The notes: generated from the sequence alone by a model not told the origin. A DNA stretch of 64,000 nt from Ktedonobacteraceae bacterium (GCA_035294305.1 DATGLD010000036.1:8244-72243), one strand, 5' to 3'; positions 29,699-39,395 are shown, counted from the stretch's first letter. Made by a program: numbers and translations.

Positions 29699-32269
29699 AT
29701 GAACGGATCAGTATATTTTCCTCCCGGCGCACGCCGCCTTCCCAGGCGCCTCTCGAAACTTTTCAAAAGCGAGTATGCAGCTTTTCAGCAATCCATTCAG
29801 GGCTTTGCTTCTGAGAGCGACCGGATACAATATGCTTCCCTGATGCTGATACGGCTCATGTTCGTCTACTTCTTGCAAAAGAAAGGCTTGCTGCATCACG
29901 ATACTCACTACCTGCGCAACCAATTGCTTTCGATTCGCGAGAATAGTCAGGAAAATACCTCTTTCTATCGCCATTTTCTCCTACGTTTTTTCCATCATGA
30001 ATTGACCGGCAATGAGCCTCCAGTATCAAGAGATACACTTCCTGCCAGCATCCCAGCGCTCAATAGTAGTCTGTTCGATGTCCCCGAATTAGAGCGCCGC
30101 AACGCCAATATCGACATACCCAACGCGGCTTTCGCCAGGCTCTTTGCTTTCCTCGATACGTTTGAGTGGCAGATCGAGGAATCTCCTCCCTGCTCCGGCA
30201 ATGCGATCACCCCAGATATGCTCAGCTACATCTTTGAAAAGCTCATCAGTCAGAAAGAACTGGGCGCTTATTATACGCAGGCGGACATTTCCGAATATAT
30301 CGCCAGGAATACTATTCTTCCTTTCCTCTTGCATGCCGCCGAAAAAAAGTTCCCCGATGCTTTTCATGCTGGTGGATGTATCTGGCAATTACTGTGCAAT
30401 GATCCAGACCGCTATATCTATCCCGCCCTGAAAAAAGGGTACGAGTATGCCTTGCCACAAAGCATCGTCCCTGCGCCAACAAATGCTTCTCGACAGACTG
30501 AATGGAATAGGCTGGCCCGTGAGCCATTTGCGCTGCCGGGCGAGACCTGGAGCGAGGTTATTGCACGCCGCGAGCAATACGAGCAGCTTCATTCCTTGCT
30601 AGCATCAGGCAAGATACGCTCTATAGACGAGCTGGTGACGTATAACCTGAATATTTCCCTGTTTGTGCGAGATATCATCGAACATTGCGAGCACCCGGCG
30701 TTATTGTTGGCTTTTTACGAAGACCTGGCCCAGCTCACCGTGCTTGATCCTACCTGCGGCTCCGGGGCTTTCCTGCTGGCGGCACTTTCTATCCTCGAAC
30801 CCCTCTACGATGCCTGCCTCACCCGCATGGAAGCGATGCTGAGTGGTTGTGAACCAGGAAGCGAGCCAGGGAAATCTACCAGTTCAATAGCTAGCGAACC
30901 CCAATGTTCGGTTTTCCGTGTCATACTCAAGCAGATGAGTTTCTATCCCAACCGGCGCTACTTTATCCTCAAATCGATCATCACCAACAACCTGTATGGG
31001 GTGGATATCATGCAGGAGGCGGTTGAGATCTGCAAATTGCGCCTGCTGCTCAAACTCCTAGCTCAAGTCGAGCAGGATGAAGCTGTGGAGTCACTAGCGG
31101 CTACCGATTTCAATATTCATGCTGGCAATATCCTGGCCGATCATAACAGTGAAGCAGGCATACCGATCAGGTACGAGCGAGACTTCCAGCGATCATCATG
31201 GTTCGTCGAGCTCTATAGCATCATACAAAACGGCGGGTTCGATGTGATTATCGGCAACCCGCCCTACGTGGAGTACGAGATCGTCAGCGCCTCATATAAA
31301 GTGAATGGCTATCGAACCTTATCGACCGGCAACCTTTACGCGCTCACGATTGAAAGATGCTCCGCGCTATTGGCACAGGATGGCCTGTTTGGGATGATCG
31401 TTCCATCCTCGGCAACCTGCACTAGCGGCTATTTGCCCTTGCAGAAAATCCTGCTAGAGCAATCATCGCTACATATCTCTTCGTTCAGCGACCAGCGCGG
31501 TAAGCTCTTCGACATTCCTCATCCGCGGCTCTGCATTATTCTCTTTACAAAATCTGCCCATCCCAAACGTGTCTACTCCACGCCCTACATAAAATTGGGA
31601 CGTGAGCTGCGCGAATCGCTCTTTCAACGGCTGACCTACGTCGAAGTTACCGACCTGGTGAGGCCCGGTAGTATTCCGCGCTATGGCTCCTCTATCGAAC
31701 GAACTCTGCATATGAAGATACATGGTCAGGCACACCGGTTAGGCGATTATGCCGTTAAAGCCAGCGGCAACATGGTTTATTACACTCGCAAGATGAGCTG
31801 GTATGTCCAGGTAACTCCCTTTATCCCGAAAATCCTCGATGAACACGGCCAACTGCGTCGTCCCTCGGAACTCAAGATGCTCGCCTTCTCATCACCTGAA
31901 CAGGCCAATATTGCTTTTGTGGCGCTGAACTCGAACCTGTTCTACTGGTTCGTCACAACGGGCAGCGATTGTCGCAACTTAAACATGCGCGAGGTGCTGG
32001 GATTGCCGCTCGACGTCGAAGGGATGGAGAACGCTAGTCGCCATGAACTGTGTAAGCTGGCGGCTGACCTTGCACAGGATTTGCAAGCTCATTCGGAGCA
32101 CCGGAAGATGCATTTCAAAGGCATAGGAACACTTACTATCCAGTGCATTTTTCCGGGCAGATCTAAGCCCATCATTGATGAAATTGATCGTATATTAGCA
32201 AGGCATTATGGGCTTACAGATGAGGAGCTGGATTTTATTATCAACTACGATGGGAAGTACCGAAACTGA
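29699..32269 (+). CDS. Eco57I/PglX-like N6-adenine DNA methyltransferase with TaqI-like C-terminal specificity domain; no nuclease domain seen
   Basis: N-terminal helical domain (LMLIRLMFVYFLQKKGLL, FYRHFLLRFF), SAM motif I LDPTCGSGAFLLAA, catalytic IIGNPPYV, and C-terminal LTDEELDFIINYD. Confidence 0.8.
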   Translation: MNGSVYFPPGARRLPRRLSKLFKSEYAAFQQSIQGFASESDRIQYASLMLIRLMFVYFLQKKGLLHHDTHYLRNQLLSIRENSQENTSFYRHFLLRFFHHELTGNEPPVSRDTLPASIPALNSSLFDVPELERRNANIDIPNAAFARLFAFLDTFEWQIEESPPCSGNAITPDMLSYIFEKLISQKELGAYYTQADISEYIARNTILPFLLHAAEKKFPDAFHAGGCIWQLLCNDPDRYIYPALKKGYEYALPQSIVPAPTNASRQTEWNRLAREPFALPGETWSEVIARREQYEQLHSLLASGKIRSIDELVTYNLNISLFVRDIIEHCEHPALLLAFYEDLAQLTVLDPTCGSGAFLLAALSILEPLYDACLTRMEAMLSGCEPGSEPGKSTSSIASEPQCSVFRVILKQMSFYPNRRYFILKSIITNNLYGVDIMQEAVEICKLRLLLKLLAQVEQDEAVESLAATDFNIHAGNILADHNSEAGIPIRYERDFQRSSWFVELYSIIQNGGFDVIIGNPPYVEYEIVSASYKVNGYRTLSTGNLYALTIERCSALLAQDGLFGMIVPSSATCTSGYLPLQKILLEQSSLHISSFSDQRGKLFDIPHPRLCIILFTKSAHPKRVYSTPYIKLGRELRESLFQRLTYVEVTDLVRPGSIPRYGSSIERTLHMKIHGQAHRLGDYAVKASGNMVYYTRKMSWYVQVTPFIPKILDEHGQLRRPSELKMLAFSSPEQANIAFVALNSNLFYWFVTTGSDCRNLNMREVLGLPLDVEGMENASRHELCKLAADLAQDLQAHSEHRKMHFKGIGTLTIQCIFPGRSKPIIDEIDRILARHYGLTDEELDFIINYDGKYRN

Positions 32270-32469
32270 GCGAGTAGCACTTCGTTTTCTTGCTCAGTGT
32301 GATAGTGTTTTCATCCCTTGTAGAGAATAATTTGAACGCCGGTCCATCACTATCCGTCTCAGCAATACTTGTTTTTAGATGCCGTTTCATATATACTCCT
32401 ATCCGGGGTTACAGACTCTTTTGGGACTCTTCATTCAGTTATTGATGGCAACCCGAAATAGACAAAACA

Positions 32470-32910
32470 TTGCATCGTAATAGTGCGCAAAGCCGATTGC
32501 CGTTTTTCAGTCTTTCAGACTTGTTCTCGCCGGTAACCACGCAACAACAAAACACAGAGAATATTCTGGGGATCACGGCGCTCATTTTTTTCGTGGGCAT
32601 GCTCATCTCATTAATCACTATCATACTGCAAATTATGAGGTCTTTTCGTAAGAAACTTTTAAAACGCAGTAGCGTATTGTGGATATCTGCGGCGACCTCT
32701 GCTATAATAGCTATCCTCATTGGGATACTCATCGCGATTAACATTTCTTTCAGTAATTCCCTGGTTGCGAATATTTCAGCCGCAGTGGGCCTGGGCTTAT
32801 TTGTCCTGGGCCTTGAGAGTCTTCTGGTGTTTATCATTGTAGGCATAAATATGCTCGTGATATACCTCTCGGGGCTCTCTTCCGCAAAATCAAACGTCTC
32901 TTTGCCTTGA
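32470..32910 (+). CDS. hypothetical multi-TM membrane protein in an AT-rich segment
   Basis: 146-aa ORF with 3-4 hydrophobic helices. TTG start and no clear RBS. A competing antisense ORF (32439..32846) exists. Confidence 0.35.
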   Translation: MHRNSAQSRLPFFSLSDLFSPVTTQQQNTENILGITALIFFVGMLISLITIILQIMRSFRKKLLKRSSVLWISAATSAIIAILIGILIAINISFSNSLVANISAAVGLGLFVLGLESLLVFIIVGINMLVIYLSGLSSAKSNVSLP

Positions 32911-32961
32911 TCGCAGAGCTTTTTTCGTCAATTTTTCCAGGCCATAAAAATCTCTCTCTGG

Positions 32962-33011
32962 CAGAATGGCATGTCCGGGGGCCTGCCATTCTGAGCGCAG
33001 CGAAGAATCTC
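32962..33011. repeat. hairpin plus CATTCTGAGCGCAGCGAAGAATCTC-type short dispersed repeat
   Basis: CAGAATGGCA (32962-32971) pairs with TGCCATTCTG (32984-32993). The 3' part reads CCATTCTGAGCGCAGCGAAGAATCTC (32986-33011). Confidence 0.4.
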
Positions 33012-33111
33012 TAACCACTACCAGGGAATCACCAGAAAAGACTGGCTACCCGGTGAGGCATGAGAAGCGCGACCTGTTTCTTGCATTGTGCCCCCCATGC
33101 CCCATCAATTT

Positions 33112-34056
33112 TTAAGCGTGATCCAGCCGCCTCAACTCGATTTTGCCATTGCGAACGCGCAAGGCGAAGTTTGCCTCAGCATACACAGCCGGGCCGGTAA
33201 CCACGGCCCCATCACTCATCCTGAAACAGGAACCATGCCAGGGACATTGCACGACACCATCTTTAACGGTTCCCTCGTCGAGCGGGCCGCCCATGTGCGT
33301 GCAGGTGGCGCCAATGGCATAGATCGTACTGCCTTGCTTCAAGAGAACGGCAGGAATACCGGCGACATCGACGCGCGTCAGTTTGCCTTCGACCAGGTCT
33401 TTCTCGTCCATGACGGCAACGTAATCATCGGAGCCGCCTTCAAAAGCAACATGATTTACGCCCACAGCTTTGGCAAAGCTGAGTTCGCCGCCAAGATAGG
33501 CCGAGAACAGCGAGGTCAAATATGCCGTGGTCGAAAGCGCTATTCCGGTGCGGCGACTGCCGGTCAATCGCGAAATCCAGGAGCCAACATTCAACGCGGT
33601 GATGCCAAGATTGAGCAACCCATGCATCATGCCTACACGCCGGTCGGCGCCAATCTGATCGCTCCAATCGGCGGCGCCCGTTACCGCCGCGCCTGTAGCT
33701 CCGAGCAAACCCAGCACCAGGGTTACATCCGCCCCGCGCGCGATCCCTTCATCCTCATTAAATAGCCAGAGAAGATCAAGTACCATTGTAGCTGTCCAGG
33801 AACCAACGGGCACATCAGTGAACACAGGATGTAATGCGTGCCCCAGCCATGTTCCATTCAGTATATCTTTGATCTTGCGATTGGGTTCGCCCGGCTGCCC
33901 AAAGAGCTGCAATAGCCAGTTCTGGAGAGGGTCAGCCAGCCTGTCGAGCCAGCTTTGATTCTCAACAAATTCGCTGACAGCATGTCGAAGCGGTGGATTA
34001 GCGGGCGGCGTATCGGCCCAACTTTTCGTTTCGCCTGAAACGACTTCTGAAGACAT
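33112..34056 (-). CDS. membrane DUF2231-like domain fused to a Rieske [2Fe-2S] domain
   Basis: Rieske motifs CTHMGGPL and CPWHGSCF in the C-terminal domain. N-terminal half has 4 TM helices. ATG 34056 is preceded by AAGGAA. Confidence 0.8.
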   Translation of the reverse strand: MSSEVVSGETKSWADTPPANPPLRHAVSEFVENQSWLDRLADPLQNWLLQLFGQPGEPNRKIKDILNGTWLGHALHPVFTDVPVGSWTATMVLDLLWLFNEDEGIARGADVTLVLGLLGATGAAVTGAADWSDQIGADRRVGMMHGLLNLGITALNVGSWISRLTGSRRTGIALSTTAYLTSLFSAYLGGELSFAKAVGVNHVAFEGGSDDYVAVMDEKDLVEGKLTRVDVAGIPAVLLKQGSTIYAIGATCTHMGGPLDEGTVKDGVVQCPWHGSCFRMSDGAVVTGPAVYAEANFALRVRNGKIELRRLDHA

Positions 34057-34105
34057 CGATCGTATTCCTTTCTTAACTAACGGACAAGGCAGGTCGTCTT
34101 GCCCC

Positions 34106-35047
34106 TTACTCGACAGTAAGCCAACAATAATCACGCGGCGGATTCAGGCCCAATACGGAAAATGGAACTCCTGGCTGCCGTCGTTCTAGTATATAATTAG
34201 CAACCTGCTCATTACCAGCATAGAAGCGCCTGGCACAGCGCAACGCGCTCTCTAATGAGCGGAACTGCACGTACATTTCTCCCTGTACCGGCAATGTGAC
34301 ATGCTGAAACCCATGCCGCGCCAACCATTCATAATCCTCGACGCGTGGCCAGATAATCACAATTTTCCCCCCACACTTCGTCACGCGCCGCATCTCGGCC
34401 AACCCTGCTTCACCTCCTTCTGCCGGGTCGGCAGTGAATGCCGAACATGACAATGCCAGATCGACGCTTTCATTCCCCAGAGGAAGTTCATCAAAACTCC
34501 CATGCAATGGAATGATACGCCCGGCATCCGCGCTATCCGCCAGCTTATTTTGCAAAATTCGTAACAGGCCAGGTGAAGGTTCCACTGCATAGACCTTGCT
34601 GGCACCATAACGAGCGCACTCGAACGAGGCTCTTCCACTGCCTGCCCCCGCGTCGAGCACAATCTTATCACGAATATCAGGCTCCAACTGTTTAAAAATG
34701 TCCGGGTGCAGGTACTCACCCTCTGTCAGTTCATTATATAATTCTGGCGTCTTCCAGTAGGTCAGTTCCCAAAAGAGTTTGTCCAGTACGTCGCGACGAG
34801 CGTTCTCTACCTGACCTTGTGTATATGACCGGCGCAGCGCCTGCAGAAAACGCGAACGTCGCGACAATGGCATAATATGCTCGATGCGTTCTAAGAGGCT
34901 TTCTGACGCGCCTTGCAGGGCTATTGCCAGTGTTTCGATTGAGAGACCGAAACCATTACAGCCCAGGATGCCCTGCATTGTTTCGTCATCGAAGACCAGC
35001 AAGTCTTCCAGGGAAAAAGGATTTGCAAACAGAGCATTGTTTGCCAT
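34106..35047 (-). CDS. class I SAM-dependent methyltransferase with an N-terminal FliG_C-like domain
   Basis: N-terminus FSLEDLLVFDDETMQGIL...LAIALQGASESLLERI...MPLSRRSRF resembles the FliG C-terminal/MgtE-N helical motif. SAM motif VLDAGAGSGRASF. Confidence 0.75.
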   Translation of the reverse strand: MANNALFANPFSLEDLLVFDDETMQGILGCNGFGLSIETLAIALQGASESLLERIEHIMPLSRRSRFLQALRRSYTQGQVENARRDVLDKLFWELTYWKTPELYNELTEGEYLHPDIFKQLEPDIRDKIVLDAGAGSGRASFECARYGASKVYAVEPSPGLLRILQNKLADSADAGRIIPLHGSFDELPLGNESVDLALSCSAFTADPAEGGEAGLAEMRRVTKCGGKIVIIWPRVEDYEWLARHGFQHVTLPVQGEMYVQFRSLESALRCARRFYAGNEQVANYILERRQPGVPFSVLGLNPPRDYCWLTVE

Positions 35048-35050
35048 AAT

Positions 35051-36364
35051 TTATGCATCCTTCAATATTGCGCCCAGTTTTTCCGCCCAGATCAGCACAC
35101 GTTCATCGCCCATGTAAGCTCCTACACATTGGAAGCCTAGGGGCAAACCATTCTCCACGCGTCCCGCAGACAATGAGATGGCAGGCAGTCCGGCATGTGT
35201 CCAGGGCAGGTTCATGATGGAGCTACCTGTGGTGGTAATTCCCGCCGGCGCCGGCCCAGGAGCCGAGGGACATACCCACAGATCAATCTCATTTTGCTGC
35301 ATCGCTCGCTCCAACTCTTGCCGCAACAACAGCCGGCCAGCCCTGCATTCCGCCAGTTCCTCAGCGCTCACTCCTTGTCCCTCGCGAATAGCCTCTGCTG
35401 TTCGCCTGCCATAAAGGGGCGCATATCTCGCAAACCAATCCGCATGTACCCGAGACATCTCGGCTGCGACCATGCGCATGTGCCGGGTATTAATGGCCTC
35501 GATGTCTTGCATGATGCTCACTCGCCGTACAAGATAGCCCGCAGATATGAGAAGAGATAGCTGCTTCTCGAAAGCCGCTAACCCTTCGGGCGACGCCTGG
35601 GCAAGATAAGGACCGCCAGGCACACCAAGGACCGGTAATCTGCCTGGCTCTGGAACGCTTACCGGCTGCCAATCGTTGCACAGCAATGGAGCAACCAGCA
35701 TTGCGCCCGCGACGTCCTGCGTAAAAAATCCCACCGTATCGACCGATTCCGCGCACTTGATCAAGCCCACCGTAGAAATACGGCCAAAACTCGGTTTGAA
35801 GCCAACGATGCCACAAAATGCCGCCGGGCGGATAGTCGAACCAATCGTCTGCGTGCCAAGAGCCAGCGGGCAGAAGCCCGCCGCGACAGCAGCAGCGGAA
35901 CCACTGCTCGAACCACCAGGGGTGTACTCTAAGTTATACGGATTGCGCGTCGGTCCAGGTTCAAAATAGGCAAACTCTGTAGAGGCCGTCTTGCCTAAAA
36001 TCAAGGCGCCGGCATTGCGTAGTGCCTGAACGCACTCGGCCTCGGGACCGGCAAACAATTCTGGAGGGAGCTTTGATCCAGCGCGAGTTGGGAAGCCATC
36101 GACACGAAACATATCCTTGATGCCCACCGGAATGCCATAAAGAGGAGGGCGTCCAACAGCGTTTGGAAAGCGCGCCTGCAATGCCCGAGCCTCGGCCAAC
36201 AAGCGCGAACGGCGTTCCAGTTCTGGCAGCAGCGCGTGAATATGCGGTTCGATGGCGTCAATGCGATCACAAATCTCATCGATATATCCCGGCAGACTCA
36301 CTTGATCGGCACGCAGCGCGGCAGCAGTTTCAGCCAGCGGTGCGGGAAAAATTAACATAGCCAA
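35051..36364 (-). CDS. amidase-signature family enzyme (GatA-like)
   Basis: Amidase signature GGSSSGSAAAVAAG and GIPVGIKD. Its stop is 3 nt before the next start. Confidence 0.9.
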   Translation of the reverse strand: MAMLIFPAPLAETAAALRADQVSLPGYIDEICDRIDAIEPHIHALLPELERRSRLLAEARALQARFPNAVGRPPLYGIPVGIKDMFRVDGFPTRAGSKLPPELFAGPEAECVQALRNAGALILGKTASTEFAYFEPGPTRNPYNLEYTPGGSSSGSAAAVAAGFCPLALGTQTIGSTIRPAAFCGIVGFKPSFGRISTVGLIKCAESVDTVGFFTQDVAGAMLVAPLLCNDWQPVSVPEPGRLPVLGVPGGPYLAQASPEGLAAFEKQLSLLISAGYLVRRVSIMQDIEAINTRHMRMVAAEMSRVHADWFARYAPLYGRRTAEAIREGQGVSAEELAECRAGRLLLRQELERAMQQNEIDLWVCPSAPGPAPAGITTTGSSIMNLPWTHAGLPAISLSAGRVENGLPLGFQCVGAYMGDERVLIWAEKLGAILKDA

Positions 36365-36680
36365 CTCCTCTCAACCAGCGCAAGTAAATGTGTTGGTAAT
36401 TCTGCTTATTTAAGCATATACTAAGGATAGAGGCGATAGCAAAAATGCCCCTTGCCTTTTTCCAGCATTTCCTGGTATAGTAGCTTATAGAAGGCTTGGC
36501 ACCGGAATTGCCTTCAACGTCGAACGTAAGCAGAGCGCCGATCTGGAGCATGGGGTGTGCACGCTTAAACCTTCGTCGACAGCCCGTATATTATTCACGG
36601 AAGCCATAATATAGTCCCTACCATGTTGTCCCTCCAAAGTTGGGATCACTCCCTAATGAGAGAACAAGGAAGAAAAAGGG

Positions 36681-37838
36681 ATGAGGGACATAGATGCAAG
36701 GGCTCATCTCTCTCAGTCTATGAATGTATCTTATAGCATAAACCGAGTCTTTCAACGTTACCAACAGGAGATCCTTCAGGAGCTTCGCCGGGCACTTCTC
36801 AGCCCAGGCACAACTCATCCAGAAACCGTCAATCATCATATCCTTGCAAATGTCTACGGACAAATGCAATATCACCTTGGTTGGGTCGATCAGCAGTTTC
36901 ATCATTTAGATGACCACGCGGGCAAATTGTTACGCCCCAATCTTCTGCTACTCAGTTACGAACTGGCCTGGGCGCAGGAACATAATTCTTCGACCAATCT
37001 CCCTGCATTGTCTCTGCGACCGGCGCTTCCCGCCGCCGCTGCTATAGAACTGGCGCATAATTTTACGCTGCTGCACGACGATATTGAAGATGGAGATGTC
37101 GAGCGTCGCCACCGCCCTACTGTGTGGGCCATATGGGGCATACCCCAGGCAATCCTTGCCGGAGATGCTATGTTCGCGCTGGCTCGCCTCCATATCTGGA
37201 AGGTGCTTGATGAAGGTGTAGAGCCTGCAACAGCCCTGAACCTGGCGAAACTATTTGATACAACTTTACTCAAGCTGACAGAAGGCCAATATCTTGACAT
37301 GTCCTTTGAACGGCAGTTGCAGGTTTCTCTCGCCAGCTATGAGGAGATGATCTGCCGCAAAACAGCCCTGCTGATGCGCTGTGCGACGGAGATGGGAGCC
37401 ATACTCGGAACCGGCAACCAGGAGGTCATCGAGTGCCTGGCTCGCTTTGGCCAGGCATTGGGGTTTGGATTTCAGGTGCGAGATGATATGCTCGGAGTCT
37501 GGGCTACCGAGGAAGAATCTGGCAAACTGCCACTCGGCGATATCTACCGGCGCAAGAAAAGCCTGCCCATCCTACATGCTTTCCACCACGCGCAGCCGGA
37601 CGATCAACAGGCAATCGCGAAGATATATGACCAGGATGAACCGATCACACAGCAACAGGCACATAAGATTCTAGCCATCTTCGAACGAACACAGACCAGA
37701 GAGTACTGCAAGCAGTTTCTTGCACAACATTGTCAGGAGGCACGAAAGGCTCTCGCTCTAGTAGCCACTAACAACCAGCTTGCCAATCGCACCCGTTCTG
37801 ACCTCGAGGCAATTATCGATTTTATTCAGGAAAACTGA
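36681..37838 (+). CDS. polyprenyl diphosphate synthase (trans-IPPS)
   Basis: First Asp-rich motif LLHDDIEDGDVERR and second FQVRDDMLG. Confidence 0.9.
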   Translation: MRDIDARAHLSQSMNVSYSINRVFQRYQQEILQELRRALLSPGTTHPETVNHHILANVYGQMQYHLGWVDQQFHHLDDHAGKLLRPNLLLLSYELAWAQEHNSSTNLPALSLRPALPAAAAIELAHNFTLLHDDIEDGDVERRHRPTVWAIWGIPQAILAGDAMFALARLHIWKVLDEGVEPATALNLAKLFDTTLLKLTEGQYLDMSFERQLQVSLASYEEMICRKTALLMRCATEMGAILGTGNQEVIECLARFGQALGFGFQVRDDMLGVWATEEESGKLPLGDIYRRKKSLPILHAFHHAQPDDQQAIAKIYDQDEPITQQQAHKILAIFERTQTREYCKQFLAQHCQEARKALALVATNNQLANRTRSDLEAIIDFIQEN

Positions 37839-37851
37839 ATGGTTCCCATGC

Positions 37852-38673
37852 TCAATGAACTGCCGGCCTCCCCTCGTAGCATTGAGCCACGATCTCGAGT
37901 ACGGCTTTGCGGCTAAGCTTGCCATCACCTCTAGCCATAGAATCCAGGGTAGCATAAGCCAGGGCAAGCGGAAACCTGCAAAATTCTAACACAGGCCCGG
38001 CAGGAAGCGCATCAGTATAAGTATCGGCCAGAGCCAGATTGCGCCGCGCGTAAGCATCCATCTCCCCAGTGCGCCAACCAGTGGGGAAAAAGTCTACACC
38101 ACGCTTCATGTCTTCTTCGTGGTTGCGCAGAATATTGACGGCCTGCAAGCCACGTCCGAATCCCACGGCATGCAGACGATTTGTCTGCGTTCCGTTGTAC
38201 CAGCCCCACAGATCCGACAGTAATAGGCCCACCGAGCCGGCAACCCCAAACGTGTAACGGTCCAGGTCTGCCTCCGTTTGAATTGTCCAACCATTTTCCG
38301 CCCAGTGCGCCATGCGGTCCGCCATGGTTGCCGTGGCTTCCCATATGCGCGGAGCAACCGCCAGGGGGGCCAGCATTGCCCACTCAGCGATACAAAGCGT
38401 TACCTCTGGAAGCTCCTGATGGTAGTGGCCAAATGCTGTTTCAAAATCGCCAGCAGTAAAGGATGTTTGCAATATCCGGCTGATGGAGTGCAATACCGTT
38501 GCCTTCGCCTGATTATCCAGGCTGGGATGGTCTTCTACTTCATCGATAGCGCGAAGGCATAAATAGCCCGACATGACCGCATCCTGCAGCCCGGCGGGTA
38601 AGTGACTTATAGGGATAAAGAATGTCCTGCTGGTTTCTCTCAACATATCCAGTGCATTTTCACCACTACTCAC
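37852..38673 (-). CDS. squalene/phytoene synthase-family protein (HpnC/HpnD-like)
   Basis: Motifs LRAIDEVED, YTFGVAGSVG and NILRNHEEDMKRG. Sits in the hopanoid cluster. Confidence 0.75.
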   Translation of the reverse strand: MSSGENALDMLRETSRTFFIPISHLPAGLQDAVMSGYLCLRAIDEVEDHPSLDNQAKATVLHSISRILQTSFTAGDFETAFGHYHQELPEVTLCIAEWAMLAPLAVAPRIWEATATMADRMAHWAENGWTIQTEADLDRYTFGVAGSVGLLLSDLWGWYNGTQTNRLHAVGFGRGLQAVNILRNHEEDMKRGVDFFPTGWRTGEMDAYARRNLALADTYTDALPAGPVLEFCRFPLALAYATLDSMARGDGKLSRKAVLEIVAQCYEGRPAVH

Positions 38674-38696
38674 TGTACTAGCTCCTTTACTAAACT

Positions 38697-39395
38697 TTAT
38701 TCAGCAAATGTATTGCTCGGCTCATCGTAAAGCGCAACTTTCAGCACACGCGCTGCTCTTAGCGCATACCTGGGAGCCGCCCAGCTGAGCCAGAACAACT
38801 CTTTCCAGAGCTTCGGCTGCAGCAATGCCTTTGTTGGCCGCAGCCATTGCGAGGAAATGTCATATTCCGGGGTATCTAATACAACCCGGATCGCTGCCAC
38901 ACGCAGGTTCCTTCCCGCGAGCAGGCCCGTCTCCATATCGGCAGCCACAAAGCCTTTCTGAAACCATTCATGACGTTCGTCACCAAGAATCATTGACGGA
39001 GCGGTCAGCAGCGGACCGCTGTCAGGTTGAAATTGCAATGTGCGCGCGGCTTTCACCAATTCCGTTACAAGTGCAGGATCGCAGCGCATGCTACTCCCGC
39101 CAGCAAGCCCAATCCAGTCTGGTACCAAAACAGTCCCGGGAGGGATGCCAGGAGCAAGCGCACCTGCCAGGCCACACACAATCACGATGGAACCCTCGGG
39201 CGCACCTTCCCACCGCATTAATCGCATGCCTGCCCAACTAGTTCGAGTAGGTAGGAGAGCACTACGCACGGCCCAATACTCAAACAATGTCGGGGCAAGA
39301 ACTTCTACACGACCCCTGGCAGAAAACGATGAGGCAGACTTGCTACCCGGTGCGGAATGATGCTCCAAGTAACTTCCCCTATTCCTGGCATTCAT
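38697..39395 (-). CDS. hpnG: PNP/UDP-phosphorylase-fold protein, HpnG-like hopanoid-associated nucleosidase
   Basis: IVIVCGLAGAL and GFVAADMETG resemble the nucleoside phosphorylase fold. TAATG stop/start overlap with hpnA. The context supports the assignment. Confidence 0.55.
   Translation of the reverse strand: MNARNRGSYLEHHSAPGSKSASSFSARGRVEVLAPTLFEYWAVRSALLPTRTSWAGMRLMRWEGAPEGSIVIVCGLAGALAPGIPPGTVLVPDWIGLAGGSSMRCDPALVTELVKAARTLQFQPDSGPLLTAPSMILGDERHEWFQKGFVAADMETGLLAGRNLRVAAIRVVLDTPEYDISSQWLRPTKALLQPKLWKELFWLSWAAPRYALRAARVLKVALYDEPSNTFAE

Noticed and set aside
32241-32390. 49-aa minus-strand ORF (MKRHLKTSIAETDSDGPAFKLFSTRDENTITLSKKTKCYSLSFGTSHRS) with AGGAG 5 nt upstream. It overlaps the methyltransferase 3' end by 29 nt.
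   Set aside because: It has a good RBS but no recognisable motif, no hydrophobic segment and no partner gene. It could be chance in AT-rich DNA and cannot be supported from sequence alone.
32439-32846. 135-aa minus-strand ORF competing with the plus-strand membrane ORF 32470-32910.
   Set aside because: Its translation is Lys/Arg/Ile-rich without coherent TM helices. The plus-strand ORF gives regular hydrophobic helices, though even that call is weak.
33088-33765. 225-aa plus-strand ORF antisense to the Rieske/DUF2231 gene. Similar long antisense or shadow ORFs occur elsewhere: 12377-12952, 27373-27933, 18936-19607, 21645-22352, 40925-41428, 56325-56936 and 57763-58281.
   Set aside because: Each lies opposite a gene with clear family motifs. 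Their translations are Arg/Ala/Gly/Pro-rich with no recognisable motifs, as expected for shadow ORFs in GC-rich coding DNA.
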